Position numbers and translations under genes: made by a program
NCBI GenBank assembly: GCA_022844135.1
Contig: JALHMG010000001.1
Location: forward strand, 31,021-95,020
Direction: 5' to 3'
Source of the DNA: Lysobacterales bacterium
Lineage (GTDB): Bacteria; Pseudomonadota; Gammaproteobacteria; Xanthomonadales; SZUA-5
Length of the DNA stretch: 64,000 nucleotides
Notes under the pieces: generated by a model
Told to the model about the DNA's origin: nothing
The model's input: the letters and a program-made list of their open reading frames with translations, nothing else
Databases searched by the model: none
Part shown: in pieces, positions 27,593 through 37,600 of the stretch
Layout: the number at the start of each line of letters is the position of its first letter
Numbering within the stretch: the first letter of the stretch is position 1

Positions 27593-28525
27593 CTAAAGGG
27601 ATTCGAGAAAGCGCAGGAGATTCGGCATGTGTTCGCCCCAGGCAATGACACTGGGATCATGCCGCACGCACGGTTTGGCACTAGCTTCGGCCAGTGCGCC
27701 AATGAAGGCAATTGTGTCCTCTGGCGTCGTGACCACATTCGGTAGGCCGAGAATGTGGCTGTGTTGGAGTTTGTTTACAACAACCATTTGAGTGCCTGAG
27801 GCATATTGATCAGATACCACTCCGCTGGCATAGGGCGACGATGGTGCGGCGGTCCAACACCAAAGCAGATCGCATGCTCGAAGGCGGTCAAAACGGTCTC
27901 GATTGCTCCATTGCGAGTACGCAAGATGAAGTCGACTGGGATATAAGGCTGCTATCGAGGCTAATTCTTCGAGCACGCCCGGGGAGGGTTGCTTCCATGG
28001 GCTCAAGACTAGGTAGATTGCGACGGCGGGGATCTGATGGAGGATTGCCTCACTGATTCTCGGGTATTCGCGTTCATATCTGAGAAACCCGTTCGTTCCA
28101 ATTAGAAATCTGTCCAAGGGTAATCCAAACTGGGTGCGTAATCTCCTTCGCGTCGTGTTTTCCGAAAAAGTCTCTGACGGATGAGGGAACCAATGACCGC
28201 GCTTTGCGCCTTCAATGAGCGAGGGTACCATAGCCACTATCGCAGCAACGGAGTCGTAAAGCGCCCTCGCATCATCGGAGTGTGGCATTAGTACAACGGG
28301 TTGCCGACAATCCATAATAAAATCATGTGCACTGTTTATTGGTAATACTTCCCCATGGTAATGAAGAAAAACGATATCGGCGCGGTCGGCGCGGAGTTCT
28401 GCACTACATTTCACTTTCGCACCAGCGCGGCGAAGTGCTGTCGCCATTCGTTTAGAGAAATAACCGATGCCACAACGATCATTTAGAGTGGTAGCGATCT
28501 GGAGTATGTGTAGGGGACGACGCAT
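27593..28525 (-). CDS. Glycosyltransferase-like protein (GT-B/GT4-like)
   Basis: N-terminal HILQI…CGIGYF…A.ALR and central IGTNGFLRYER. Last gene of the six-gene operon. Confidence 0.6.
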   Translation of the reverse strand: MRRPLHILQIATTLNDRCGIGYFSKRMATALRRAGAKVKCSAELRADRADIVFLHYHGEVLPINSAHDFIMDCRQPVVLMPHSDDARALYDSVAAIVAMVPSLIEGAKRGHWFPHPSETFSENTTRRRLRTQFGLPLDRFLIGTNGFLRYEREYPRISEAILHQIPAVAIYLVLSPWKQPSPGVLEELASIAALYPSRLHLAYSQWSNRDRFDRLRACDLLWCWTAAPSSPYASGVVSDQYASGTQMVVVNKLQHSHILGLPNVVTTPEDTIAFIGALAEASAKPCVRHDPSVIAWGEHMPNLLRFLESL

Positions 28526-28540
28526 GGGAATGGTGAATAG

Positions 28541-29353
28541 TTACGTTTCGTTGAAGGGATTGCATGGTCTGCCTTTTGCGTCGCGGACTGTCAGTTCGTG
28601 AGCAATCGGCGTAACACTAACTTCACGACGCCTCCAAAAAACGTCCAGGTCCGATCCACTGGCGATCTGGTCGGAAGTGTAGTTGGAGGCGAATGTGTAA
28701 CGATCGGAACTTGTTTTCGCGCTGCTGTTTTTCAACTGGAGACGATAAGGGTCCAGTCGACTTTGTTCGCACAAGCGCCATTCTGTACGCATTTCAACGC
28801 AGCTTGGAATGTTGATGTTGAGGCATGACACGTTTGGATTTAATCCCCTTAAGGCCAACCGCGCCAATTGGGAGGTCACTGTCATCGCGGGCTTCCAAAC
28901 CTCAGGATCAAAGGTCTTGCCGAAGTGCGAGTCATCTTCTTCCATGCTTACTGCCATACTAGGCACTCCGTGGCTGCCTGCCTGGGCGGCCGCTGCTATA
29001 GTTCCGCTTAAGTGTACGGTGTACCCAAGGTTCTCGCCGGCGTTTATCCCACTTATACATAGATCTGGTGGCTTCGAAACAAGTTCCAGAAGTGCAATGC
29101 TAATAACTTGCGATGGGGCTCCGGCGATGGTGTAACCTTTAACCATCCCTTCTGATAGATGAAAATTGTGGGGCGAAACATTGCCGATGTCGGGTCCGCG
29201 AAGGAAGGCGCGTGACATGCATGTCTGATTAACACGTGGGCAAACAACCAACACCTCGCCAAGTGTTTGAGCTACTTCAATCGCGGCGCGAAGGCCAAAC
29301 GAATCTGGACCGTCGTCGTTGGTTACGAGGATGTAGGGTGGTCTAGTTGACAT
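28541..29353 (-). CDS. surE: SurE-family 5'/3'-nucleotidase
   Basis: ILVTNDDG, SGINAGENLG…SGTIAAA, NINIP, VSVTPI. Confidence 0.9.
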   Translation of the reverse strand: MSTRPPYILVTNDDGPDSFGLRAAIEVAQTLGEVLVVCPRVNQTCMSRAFLRGPDIGNVSPHNFHLSEGMVKGYTIAGAPSQVISIALLELVSKPPDLCISGINAGENLGYTVHLSGTIAAAAQAGSHGVPSMAVSMEEDDSHFGKTFDPEVWKPAMTVTSQLARLALRGLNPNVSCLNINIPSCVEMRTEWRLCEQSRLDPYRLQLKNSSAKTSSDRYTFASNYTSDQIASGSDLDVFWRRREVSVTPIAHELTVRDAKGRPCNPFNET

Positions 29354-30353
29354 GATTCGCGTTCTGGTTTTGGGATGTGGCTTTAGCGAATGCGTTAACG
29401 ACGTCCTTGGTCGTGATCGCTTCTAAGCCTGGATCGATGGTCTCGCCGTATGGGTTGTGTTCTTGTCCTTTCCAGATCGTGATGTGTTCGGTGCAGGTTT
29501 TAGGTGGCCCCCAACAACCGGGCGAGACAGGACCGAACAGTGTCACCGCGCTCGTTCGGGTTGCCGTTGCTAAGTGCGCGACACCACTGTCAACAGACAG
29601 AACGAGTCCAGCGGCGGCGACGCGATGAAGCAAGTCGCAAGCCGTCGTATTGAGTGAAACGCTGGTAACGTCGACTCCCGCTTGGTTGGCAATCGTGAGA
29701 GCACGATCTCGCTCCCGCAGCGTGCCTGTTAGCTGCAACTTCCATCCCATGGCCTGGACTTTTCTTGCCACCTCCGTCCAACGATCTTGCGGCCAAAGGC
29801 GAGCCGGGCTTCCGGCGCCAGCGTGCAGAATTACGGGTGCATTTCTGTCCAGAGGACGCGGAGTACGCAGAAAGAGGTCGTTGGCGTCGAGATCGATACC
29901 CAAAAGGCCAAGCAGGCGAGCCCATCGGGAGAAAATGTGATCGGCAAAATCAAGGAACGGAGCACTTGATGTTTCGGGTATCGCGGGGTGACGGTAGCTC
30001 AATATTTGACTCGGTCGGAGTGCTCGGAGCAAGGGCAACAGCTCATGACCGGGAGTCCTTAGGGAAACGATTAGCTCAACCCTTTCTTTCAGCTCCAATA
30101 CGGAAGCCAGTACATTTGAATCAGCGGCTCGGTGATCTGTGGGACCAATTGTGTCTGGATTCGAGCGATCGGAGAGGATTAAGTCGCACAGATTCAAATA
30201 TCCAGCAAGATCCTTGAGCCACGACGGGCACGTCATTATTATCTTCTGGGTTGGGTAGGTTCGACGCAAAGCGCGCATTGCGGGAATCCCCGTCATCAGG
30301 TCGCCGAGCCCATTGTGTCGTAAAACCAAGATAGCGCCCTTTCGGCCCATCAT
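29343..30353 (-). CDS. Glycosyltransferase family 9 (heptosyltransferase-like)
   Basis: LVLRHNGLGDLMTGIPAMRALRR, LHAGAG…RLWP..RW, VDSGVAHLA.A…TLFGP. Confidence 0.88.
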   Translation of the reverse strand: MMGRKGAILVLRHNGLGDLMTGIPAMRALRRTYPTQKIIMTCPSWLKDLAGYLNLCDLILSDRSNPDTIGPTDHRAADSNVLASVLELKERVELIVSLRTPGHELLPLLRALRPSQILSYRHPAIPETSSAPFLDFADHIFSRWARLLGLLGIDLDANDLFLRTPRPLDRNAPVILHAGAGSPARLWPQDRWTEVARKVQAMGWKLQLTGTLRERDRALTIANQAGVDVTSVSLNTTACDLLHRVAAAGLVLSVDSGVAHLATATRTSAVTLFGPVSPGCWGPPKTCTEHITIWKGQEHNPYGETIDPGLEAITTKDVVNAFAKATSQNQNANHVN

Positions 30354-30354
30354 G

Positions 30355-31473
30355 CTAGTCACTCAGCCTCGATTTGTAGGGCGCCAAACATGCTTGGCGA
30401 ATGATTTGTGCAACCTGATGGGCTCCTCGGCCAGAGTTATGACTGACAGTCCTGCGCACGTGTCCAGCCATTTGTAACGGGGATAGTCCAGAGCGTAAAG
30501 ACTCCGTTATTTCGGCCCGCTTGGCAGGATCCTTGCGAGCCTCCGCCAAAGCGCTGTAGATTGCATTCACTACCTTTTCCTCACCTGCAGGTCGTAACGC
30601 TTCTATCATTCCGGTCGACAGCACGCTATCCGGCCAATTGAGTGCGGAGCACTCGGGATCCACAAACAGGCGCGTATTTAGGATCTGACTCAGATTTTGT
30701 GGCGGCAACAAGATGGACGGCAAGCCTATTTGCATTGCTTGGAAGATAGTCGTGCTGCCCGGTGAGGTGAGTAGAAGGTCACAAGTCCTTAGCAACTGCT
30801 CAAAGACATGACCGCTCTGCACACCGACGACAACGTCATTTCCGAAGCGCTGCCGTATATTGCTTAACCAGTCGGACCCGATGTTGCCGCATACGCCAGC
30901 GATGGAAACCGAAGCCGCCTCAAGCGCGCCAAGCACGCCAGGCAAGACAAGATCGACATAGTCCAGAGTTCCACAAAGGTGGCTATGCACACCTCCCACG
31001 TTCACTACAACTCCGGCGCCGCCTGTGCGACGCCTCGGCTGCGGAACGATAGGCTCCACCCAACAAAAGTCGCGTCTATTTCGAAGGCACGAGGCTAGTG
31101 GCAAAATCTCGTCCGGGTATCGCTGTGCGCAATAACATACCGTGGCGTTAGGCAACGGGACCTCATTTCCATTAGCCCACAGGTACGGCAAACTATCAAC
31201 ATAAACAACAGGTATTCCAAGCGATCCGAGGTAATTCGCTCGTTCTGGGTCGTTAATCACGAGCGCCGCGTTCGCGTCAGCAAGGGGCGCATCAACAAAC
31301 TCGTGATTGAAGTCGTCGAGCGCTAGTATTTGTGTCGACATCGGCGGCGGTTCATGAAGTATGATCCGGTGCGGTGGGAGGTGCTTGAGAATTAAGCGAA
31401 GTTTGCCCAGACTGCCCCAGCCGAAGTGACAAGCAGAAACTACCAGCATCGCGCTGTTGCGTGTTGAACCCAT
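30355..31473 (-). CDS. blsD: Cytosylglucuronate (CGA) synthase-like glycosyltransferase (BlsD/MilC-like)
   Basis: N-terminal FGWGSLGKL motif as recalled for CGA synthases; YVDSLPYLW, VVNVGG, SPGSTT, LPPQNLSQ. Operonic with the BlsE-like gene and an aminotransferase. Confidence 0.65.
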   Translation of the reverse strand: MGSTRNSAMLVVSACHFGWGSLGKLRLILKHLPPHRIILHEPPPMSTQILALDDFNHEFVDAPLADANAALVINDPERANYLGSLGIPVVYVDSLPYLWANGNEVPLPNATVCYCAQRYPDEILPLASCLRNRRDFCWVEPIVPQPRRRTGGAGVVVNVGGVHSHLCGTLDYVDLVLPGVLGALEAASVSIAGVCGNIGSDWLSNIRQRFGNDVVVGVQSGHVFEQLLRTCDLLLTSPGSTTIFQAMQIGLPSILLPPQNLSQILNTRLFVDPECSALNWPDSVLSTGMIEALRPAGEEKVVNAIYSALAEARKDPAKRAEITESLRSGLSPLQMAGHVRRTVSHNSGRGAHQVAQIIRQACLAPYKSRLSD

Positions 31474-31477
31474 GGAA

Positions 31478-32722
31478 TTAATCTCGTGTCCCGGCGAAGT
31501 GTCGCCACACCTTCAGTGTTCCTTCGCAGCTCATCTCGGCCTCTTGCATCGGAAGCCAGGGCCCTGTTTCCAATTCAAAAAGCCGTGAGTGGGCGTCGCG
31601 CGCCACAGGACAATCATCTGCGGTCATCGCTGCCGAATTTTTGCGGAGATAACTGGTTAGCCAGTCTATTCGAAACAAAGGCCGATGCGGGATGCGGCAG
31701 CTTATATTTTCGGCGGAAATCGCCTTTACCAAATCGTCGCGTATTGATCGCGCGCCATCAGGGACAAGAACAGGGCATTTAAAGTAGACACTCTCGCCCC
31801 ATTCCGGTTCTTTGATCGTCAGAAGCCCATGACTCAAGAAAGATCGACCATAATACCGGCCGGCGTTCTGGCGATCCGAGATCTCTTCCGTCAGTCTGGA
31901 TAATCCATCCAGACCGATTATTGCTGGGAATTCTGCCATTCGGCAACTGAAACCTAATCTCTCATAGTCGTCCCAGTCGGGGCCTTTGCCGTAGTTAGAC
32001 AAAGTCCGTAATGTGTTGTAACGTGAATGGTCGGCGCAGATAACCATTCCGCCCTCACCACAAGAAATATGCTTTCGTACTGAAAATGCGAAAGCGGCGT
32101 AGTCGCCAAACGTGCCTACCCTGCGTCGTCGTACTGTGGCGCCAAACGCTTGCGCACAGTCTTCGATCAAAGTGAGGCCTTCGGTTGAGCACAACGTTGA
32201 AATACTGTCCATATCTGCAGGATAGCCCCAGAAATGAACCACCAAGACGGCTTTGGTGCGCGGACTAATTAGTTCGCGCGCCCGAGTCGCCGACATGGTT
32301 AACGATTGAGGTTCAACATCGCAGATCACGGGTATGGCGTTGTTTTGCACGATAGCGGAAGCTGCCGCTACGAAGCAAAACGCAGGTACAATCACCTCGT
32401 CCCCCGGGCCGATACCTGCCGCTGAGAGCGCTAAGCTCAGCGCTGACGTCCCAGAATTCACGGAGACCCCGCGGATGTCCGCTCCGAAAAATGCAGCGAA
32501 TTCGGTTTCGAATCTACGTGCCCATGGCCCTGAGTAATACAAGGACAGGAGACCAGAATCCATCATTTCAAGAACCCGGGCCCGAGCAGTCGTGGATATG
32601 CGGACTCCTGTGGGCAAAGGCAGCTGGCGAGTTGGCGTACCACCGAATATTGCCAGCGGATTCTGGTTTGTTTTGCGCATACCATTAGGCATTGGTGATT
32701 TCCGAAATTTCAATATTCCCAT
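31478..32722 (-). CDS. DegT/DnrJ/EryC1/StrS PLP aminotransferase (BlsH-like by context)
   Basis: NSGTSAL, PAFCF.A, VHFWG, IEDCAQAFG, FSVRKHISCGEGG (PLP lysine). Confidence 0.92.
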   Translation of the reverse strand: MGILKFRKSPMPNGMRKTNQNPLAIFGGTPTRQLPLPTGVRISTTARARVLEMMDSGLLSLYYSGPWARRFETEFAAFFGADIRGVSVNSGTSALSLALSAAGIGPGDEVIVPAFCFVAAASAIVQNNAIPVICDVEPQSLTMSATRARELISPRTKAVLVVHFWGYPADMDSISTLCSTEGLTLIEDCAQAFGATVRRRRVGTFGDYAAFAFSVRKHISCGEGGMVICADHSRYNTLRTLSNYGKGPDWDDYERLGFSCRMAEFPAIIGLDGLSRLTEEISDRQNAGRYYGRSFLSHGLLTIKEPEWGESVYFKCPVLVPDGARSIRDDLVKAISAENISCRIPHRPLFRIDWLTSYLRKNSAAMTADDCPVARDAHSRLFELETGPWLPMQEAEMSCEGTLKVWRHFAGTRD

Positions 32723-33684
32723 GGGTCAACATTTCCCACATCATCAATCCGATTGCTGTAGGCGGCCGCTGTCGTGGAACAGCCTTTGCAGGTTCGATGT
32801 CCGTCGGTACGGTAATAGCGAACATGCTCATTCCATTCTGAATTGGTCAGCGACCACGTGTCATCGTTCTGGACGACAGCGCCGTCGGTTGCGTCTTCAC
32901 CAGTTCGATGCGGAAGCAAACTGCAGCCAAAAGCCTTTTTGATTTTTGGGTCTATATATATAACATTCCCGACGACATTACAGAGGCTGCCGGTGGGTTT
33001 CGGACATACTCCAGCGTCGAAGAACAAATCCTGGGCTGAGCGGCTCTCGCCGTAAAAGCGCAGACCCATTGGAACCAAGAGGCCTGGCTCAGTGTGATAA
33101 AGGCGGTCGCACGAATCAATCACAGCTTGCCGATCAGGATAGACGATTGGGCGGTCAAGCTTTAACGCGGTTAGCTCCCATTGATTGATTCCCACATCGG
33201 TGAAGAGTTTTTGTAATTCGAGCATATCTTGATAGTTGTGAGGTCCAACCACAGTATTTACTCGCGTGCGGATGCCTAGTTCTTTAGCCTTGCTGATCCC
33301 GTCGATACAACGGTCGAATAGGCCCGGAAATCCTCTTATTTTGTCGTGATTATCCCGTGTGCCGTCAATGCTGACAACGATCTGATCCAGGCCGCTGGCG
33401 GATAGTTCTGAAATTTTGGTTGGTAAGGAAGCTCCGTTTGTAATTATGGAGCTCTTCAATTCGAATTGCTTTATAATCCTCACGAATTCTGAGATTTCCA
33501 GGTGCAAAAGTGGCTCTCCACCTGTCAGACGAACGTACTCGACCCCAACTCCTTTGGCCTTGTCTAGTATCGCGAACAAATCACTCTTACTAAATCTATA
33601 TTGATCCTTGGAGCGAGCAAAGACGCACATGAAGCAATCTGCGTTACATGCCTCCAGGATTCGTATGAACAAGTACTTTTTCAT
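32710..33684 (-). CDS. blsE: Radical SAM cytosylglucuronate dehydratase/decarboxylase (BlsE/MilG-like)
   Basis: YLFIRILEACNADCFMC.FA.S.D.YRF and YVRLTGGEPL.H match recalled BlsE N-termini closely; C-terminal Cys for an auxiliary cluster. Confidence 0.78.
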   Translation of the reverse strand: MKKYLFIRILEACNADCFMCVFARSKDQYRFSKSDLFAILDKAKGVGVEYVRLTGGEPLLHLEISEFVRIIKQFELKSSIITNGASLPTKISELSASGLDQIVVSIDGTRDNHDKIRGFPGLFDRCIDGISKAKELGIRTRVNTVVGPHNYQDMLELQKLFTDVGINQWELTALKLDRPIVYPDRQAVIDSCDRLYHTEPGLLVPMGLRFYGESRSAQDLFFDAGVCPKPTGSLCNVVGNVIYIDPKIKKAFGCSLLPHRTGEDATDGAVVQNDDTWSLTNSEWNEHVRYYRTDGHRTCKGCSTTAAAYSNRIDDVGNVDPWEY

Positions 33685-34200
33685 TATTTCCCGACTTCTG
33701 AGCATTGGTGTAGTTGGCAAATTGCTAATCGACTTGCTCAGATGATCTGAAAGGCTGAGCGATGTTTCTTCGTTTCCATGGTCTGATCGAGTTCTGGCGA
33801 GAGCTTGCGTTGCGATTCGCGCTTACGCTTAGATGAGCACTTGAGCTGCACCGAATGCTCGCTCAATCGGAAGCGTTTTCGCTATCTGGGAATTCTCGCA
33901 AATTCTGACTTTGGCTTTCTGCTTAGCTGACCGGCGCCGTCCTGGGGTTGAGACCTCAATGGAGGCCACTTTCTACGCTGGGCATCGGTCAGTTGCACTT
34001 GGCTAGGTGCGGGGGATGTCTGGTACGAGTCGTGTCTGGCGCGCATCGATGTGCCGAGCTTCTTGTTCTACCTGCGATCCACTGATGCGACGCAGTGCTG
34101 TTATCGTCGTTGGGAACGTCTTCGACCGCGTTGCAAAAACTGAAGATTGGCAACCAACGCCGTATTGCGCGCGCGACAATTCGTCAGTGGTGGTTCGGAA

Positions 34201-34638
34201 GGGCGTTGAATGGCCATCGTGCAGAACATTGCGGAGCGGCTGGAACAGGTGATGGAGGTGGTGCGCGAGCAGCACCTGGATGTAGAAACGGCGGCGCGGG
34301 AGTTTGGTTTCCCCTCGCTCGATGCGTTCTTTACGGCGTTCGACAAGCACTATGGCGTGCGCGTCGAAACCGTTTCGCTGAGCAGCGCCGATGGTGCGCA
34401 GCCATAGCGTTTGCGGAAGACCTGAGAGAAGTAGGACAGGTTGTCGAACCCGCTGGCGTAAGCGACCTCAGACACGCTGCCGCGGCGCTCGCGGAGCAGC
34501 GCCTCGGCGCGCTGCAGGCGATGTTCGCGCAGGATTTCGCTGGGAGTTGCTTCAAGCGTTTGCTTGCAGCGGCGGAACAGGGTAGCGCGGTCCATGTGCA
34601 GCGCATGAGCCAGTTCGGCAACGCCGAAGGTTGGATCA
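34201..34638. repeat. 438-bp direct repeat, copy 2 (right boundary of island)
   Basis: Matches 19116-19553 with 2 mismatches; lies within the intact hybrid sensor gene's 3' end. Confidence 0.97.
34210..34407 (+). CDS. 65-aa mini AraC-type HTH protein (copy 2)
   Basis: Protein identical to 19125-19322; overlaps the sensor gene's 3' end convergently by 58 nt. Confidence 0.6.
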   Translation: MAIVQNIAERLEQVMEVVREQHLDVETAAREFGFPSLDAFFTAFDKHYGVRVETVSLSSADGAQP

Positions 34639-37600
34639 GCAAGATGTTTGGATACGGCGTCGGACAGACGCTGCCGGAAGCGATCGTCGGCCGGGCCTTC
34701 AGTGCTCGCCGCCGGGGGCGGCGGTTGGAGGGTGGTTGGCGTCGGCGGCTCTGGCGCCGCAAGAAAGCTCTGCCGCAAACGCCGCCGGGCATCGAGCAGC
34801 GCTTCGATGCGCGCGATCAACTCGCTGGTGTCGAAGGGCTTGGTCAGATAATCATCCGCGCCCGCTTCCAACCCGGCGACGACGTCGCGCTTGTGCGACC
34901 TGGCGCTGAGCAAGAGCAATGGAACGCCGTGGGTTTCTGGATTACGCCGCAGCGCGTGCGCCAGCTGCAGACCATCCATACCCGGCATCATCACATCGCT
35001 GATCACGATGTCGGGAAGCGCCTCGCCGATCCGCTCCAGCGCCTCATCGCCATCGCTCGCCGTCATCACGCTGTAGTTGTCGCCGAGACGATCGGCCAGA
35101 TAGCGGCGTAGCTCGCTGTGATCGTCGACCACCAGAACCGTGGGGCGCACGCCGGCCGCTGGCCTGGAGAGTGTGGGCAAGCCTGCATCGTCGGATGCGA
35201 CGCCGGTGACGAACGCCGCTGCGCTGTCGAGCGCTGCTGGCGGAAAGTGCTGGTTGCCGCGTTTGAGCCAGAGCACGAAACAAGCGCCTTGTCCCGGTTC
35301 GCTGAGCAGCTCGATGCGCCCCTGATGCAGATCGATAAGCTCACGCACCAGCGCCAGACCGATGCCCGTACCTGGTGCGTCGCTGGGCGCGTTGCCGCCC
35401 TGATAGAAGCGCTCGAAAATCTTCGCCTGTTCCTCGACGGGAATACCGGGGCCACTGTCTTCGACCTCGATGCCCACCTCAGTCGGCGTAGGTACCAGGC
35501 GCAGCGTAACGCGGCCGCCGTTGGGCGTGAACTTGAGCGAATTGCCGAGCAGGTTGCTGACCATGCGCTCAAGCTGATCCTGGTCGAACCATAGCTGCAG
35601 CGGATCGTTCAAACCCTCGCCGCGGAGCGTGATGCTTTTTCCCGCCGCGCGCGGCATGAAAGCGTCGATTTCACGCCGCAGTTGCTCAGCCAGGTCATGC
35701 TCGGCGACGTGCAGCTCGAAGCGCCCGGCGGCGAGCCGACTCAGATCGAGAAGCTCGCTGACCATCTTGAGCAGGCGCTTTGCGTTCTCGCGGGCGCTTC
35801 CAAGAACGCTGCGCAGCGGCGCGCTCAAGGCGCCGAAGCGCTCGTTCAGGGCATCTCCAAGGGGCCCCAGGATCAACGTCAGCGGCGTGCGAAATTCATG
35901 GCTGACATGCGCAAAGAAGCGCGTGCGCGCCTCGGACAGCACGCGTATTTCTTCGGCTTGCGTGCGAATGTCCAGGGTACGATCGGCGATCACTCGCTCC
36001 AGACGCACGCGCTCGGCTTCCAGCTTGCGTGTACGCCAGCGTGCGTAGCTCCAGGCCAGCAGCGTGATCGCGATCAGCGCCGCGATCAGTGCGGCGGCCC
36101 GCGCGGCGGTGGTCTCGAACCAAAATGGGGCGACCTCGATCTCGAGGATCAGTGGCTCGATGCTGCGCGTGGCGCGCACTGATTGCGCGGATATCACAAG
36201 CTGATGCGTTCCGGCCGACAGGCTCGGCAACTGCACTTCGGGTTTCTCCAGCGTGGCGGCCCCGCCGTCGTCCAATCGATACGACCACGCGACGGCGTCG
36301 TTCTCCGCAAAGGCCGCCAGGGCCGCCTGCACGCGCACATCGCGAGTGGTGCTCGGCAGATCGACCCGCGCCGCAGATGAGCCGGCGAGCGTTTCGCCAC
36401 TGACCGCATCGGCAACGCTGCCTAGAAGCACATTCGATTGCAGCGCCGGTACGTCGGCCGGCGCTGCGACGCGCATCAGGCCGCGGTCTTCAGCAAGCCA
36501 GAGTGTGCCGTCGTCGTCGCGATAGAGGTGCCGCCACGGATGCCATACCAGGCTCAGCGGCCGCGCAGCCACGGCGTAACGGCCGTCGGCCTGACGGCGA
36601 AACGACTTTACCTCGTAGCGGTCGGCGGCCCAGCGCTGGCCGTCCAATGCGTCAGTCATTACCCGTAGCTCGCCGCTGAATCGGGGATCGCGAATCAAGG
36701 TCTCGCCGGACAGTCGGAAAACGCCTTCGGCAACGATCAGCGTCGCGCCGCCCTCGTCGTCGCGGGCGAAGGTAATGCGTCCAGCGGTCAGGCCATCGGC
36801 CGCCCCGAAGTTGCGAATCCGAACGCGCGGCCATGAGGCGAGTTGCTCGACGCTTTGCACGCCGACGTTGCCATCGCCGCTCAGCCACAGCCGATCGCCG
36901 CTGACATCGGCATGCAAATCGAATCCGGGGGCCAACGCGACCGAGCCTGGGTCCACTTCGATGCCCGCATCGCCTTCGCGGAAGCGGCGCAAACTGTTGC
37001 CGGAGATGCCGTAAATGTGGTCGCCGTGGCGCGCCAGCGAGGTGAATCGAAGGCCGCTCAGAATCTGAACCGGCGCGGCATTCTCGTCGGGCGGGAGCAG
37101 CGCCAGGCCATTTCCGACGCCGGCAAGAATCCCGTGTCTGGTTTTCAGCAGCGACCAGACACTGGCGCGATCGATTCGGTAAGGGCGCAGTTGCGCAGGA
37201 CTGTAATCGCCGCTCGGTCGGAGTGCCATCAGGCCGGTGCGGCCGGCGACGTACAGCACGCCGTCGATCCGCGTCAGGCGCTCGATCTGCATCGCGCCGT
37301 CGCTGCGCCCCCAGCGCGTCAGGCTGTTGTCCTGCTGCAGCCGCGCGATGCCGCCATCCAGCGTCAGCCAGACGCCGCCTTCGCGATCGGTCATGATGTC
37401 GGTGATGCGCTGGCCGGGCAGGCGCGCGAGCGCGATGTGGCGGCGCAATGCGCCATCCGGCGCCAATTGGTACAGGCCGCCGAACCGCGTGCCGATCGCG
37501 ATGTCGCCGTTCGGCAGTCGCGCCATCGACTCGATGCGCTCATCCACCATCCTTTGGCGCAGAGATTCCTCCAGCGGCACGGTGCGCCAGGCACCATCGA

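Larger units (their letters stand above)
19554..34200. mobile_element. Lower-GC genomic island (14.6 kb) between direct repeats; no integrase seen
   Basis: Spot counts of three 60-nt lines inside gave 37-52% GC, against 75% for one flanking line. Bounded by the 438-bp repeat; contains IS3 elements. Confidence 0.85.

Noticed and set aside
19567-30353. Reading gmhA/gmhB/hldE/GT9 as an ordinary LPS inner-core locus
   Set aside because: No hldD, waaA or second heptosyltransferase in the window; the GT9 is coupled inside the Bls-like operon; the block is a low-GC insert. Not excluded without the whole genome.
32710-33684. Possible prokaryotic viperin
   Set aside because: The N-terminal motif and the aminotransferase/CGA-synthase context fit BlsE better. 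An antiviral role for the product is still open.
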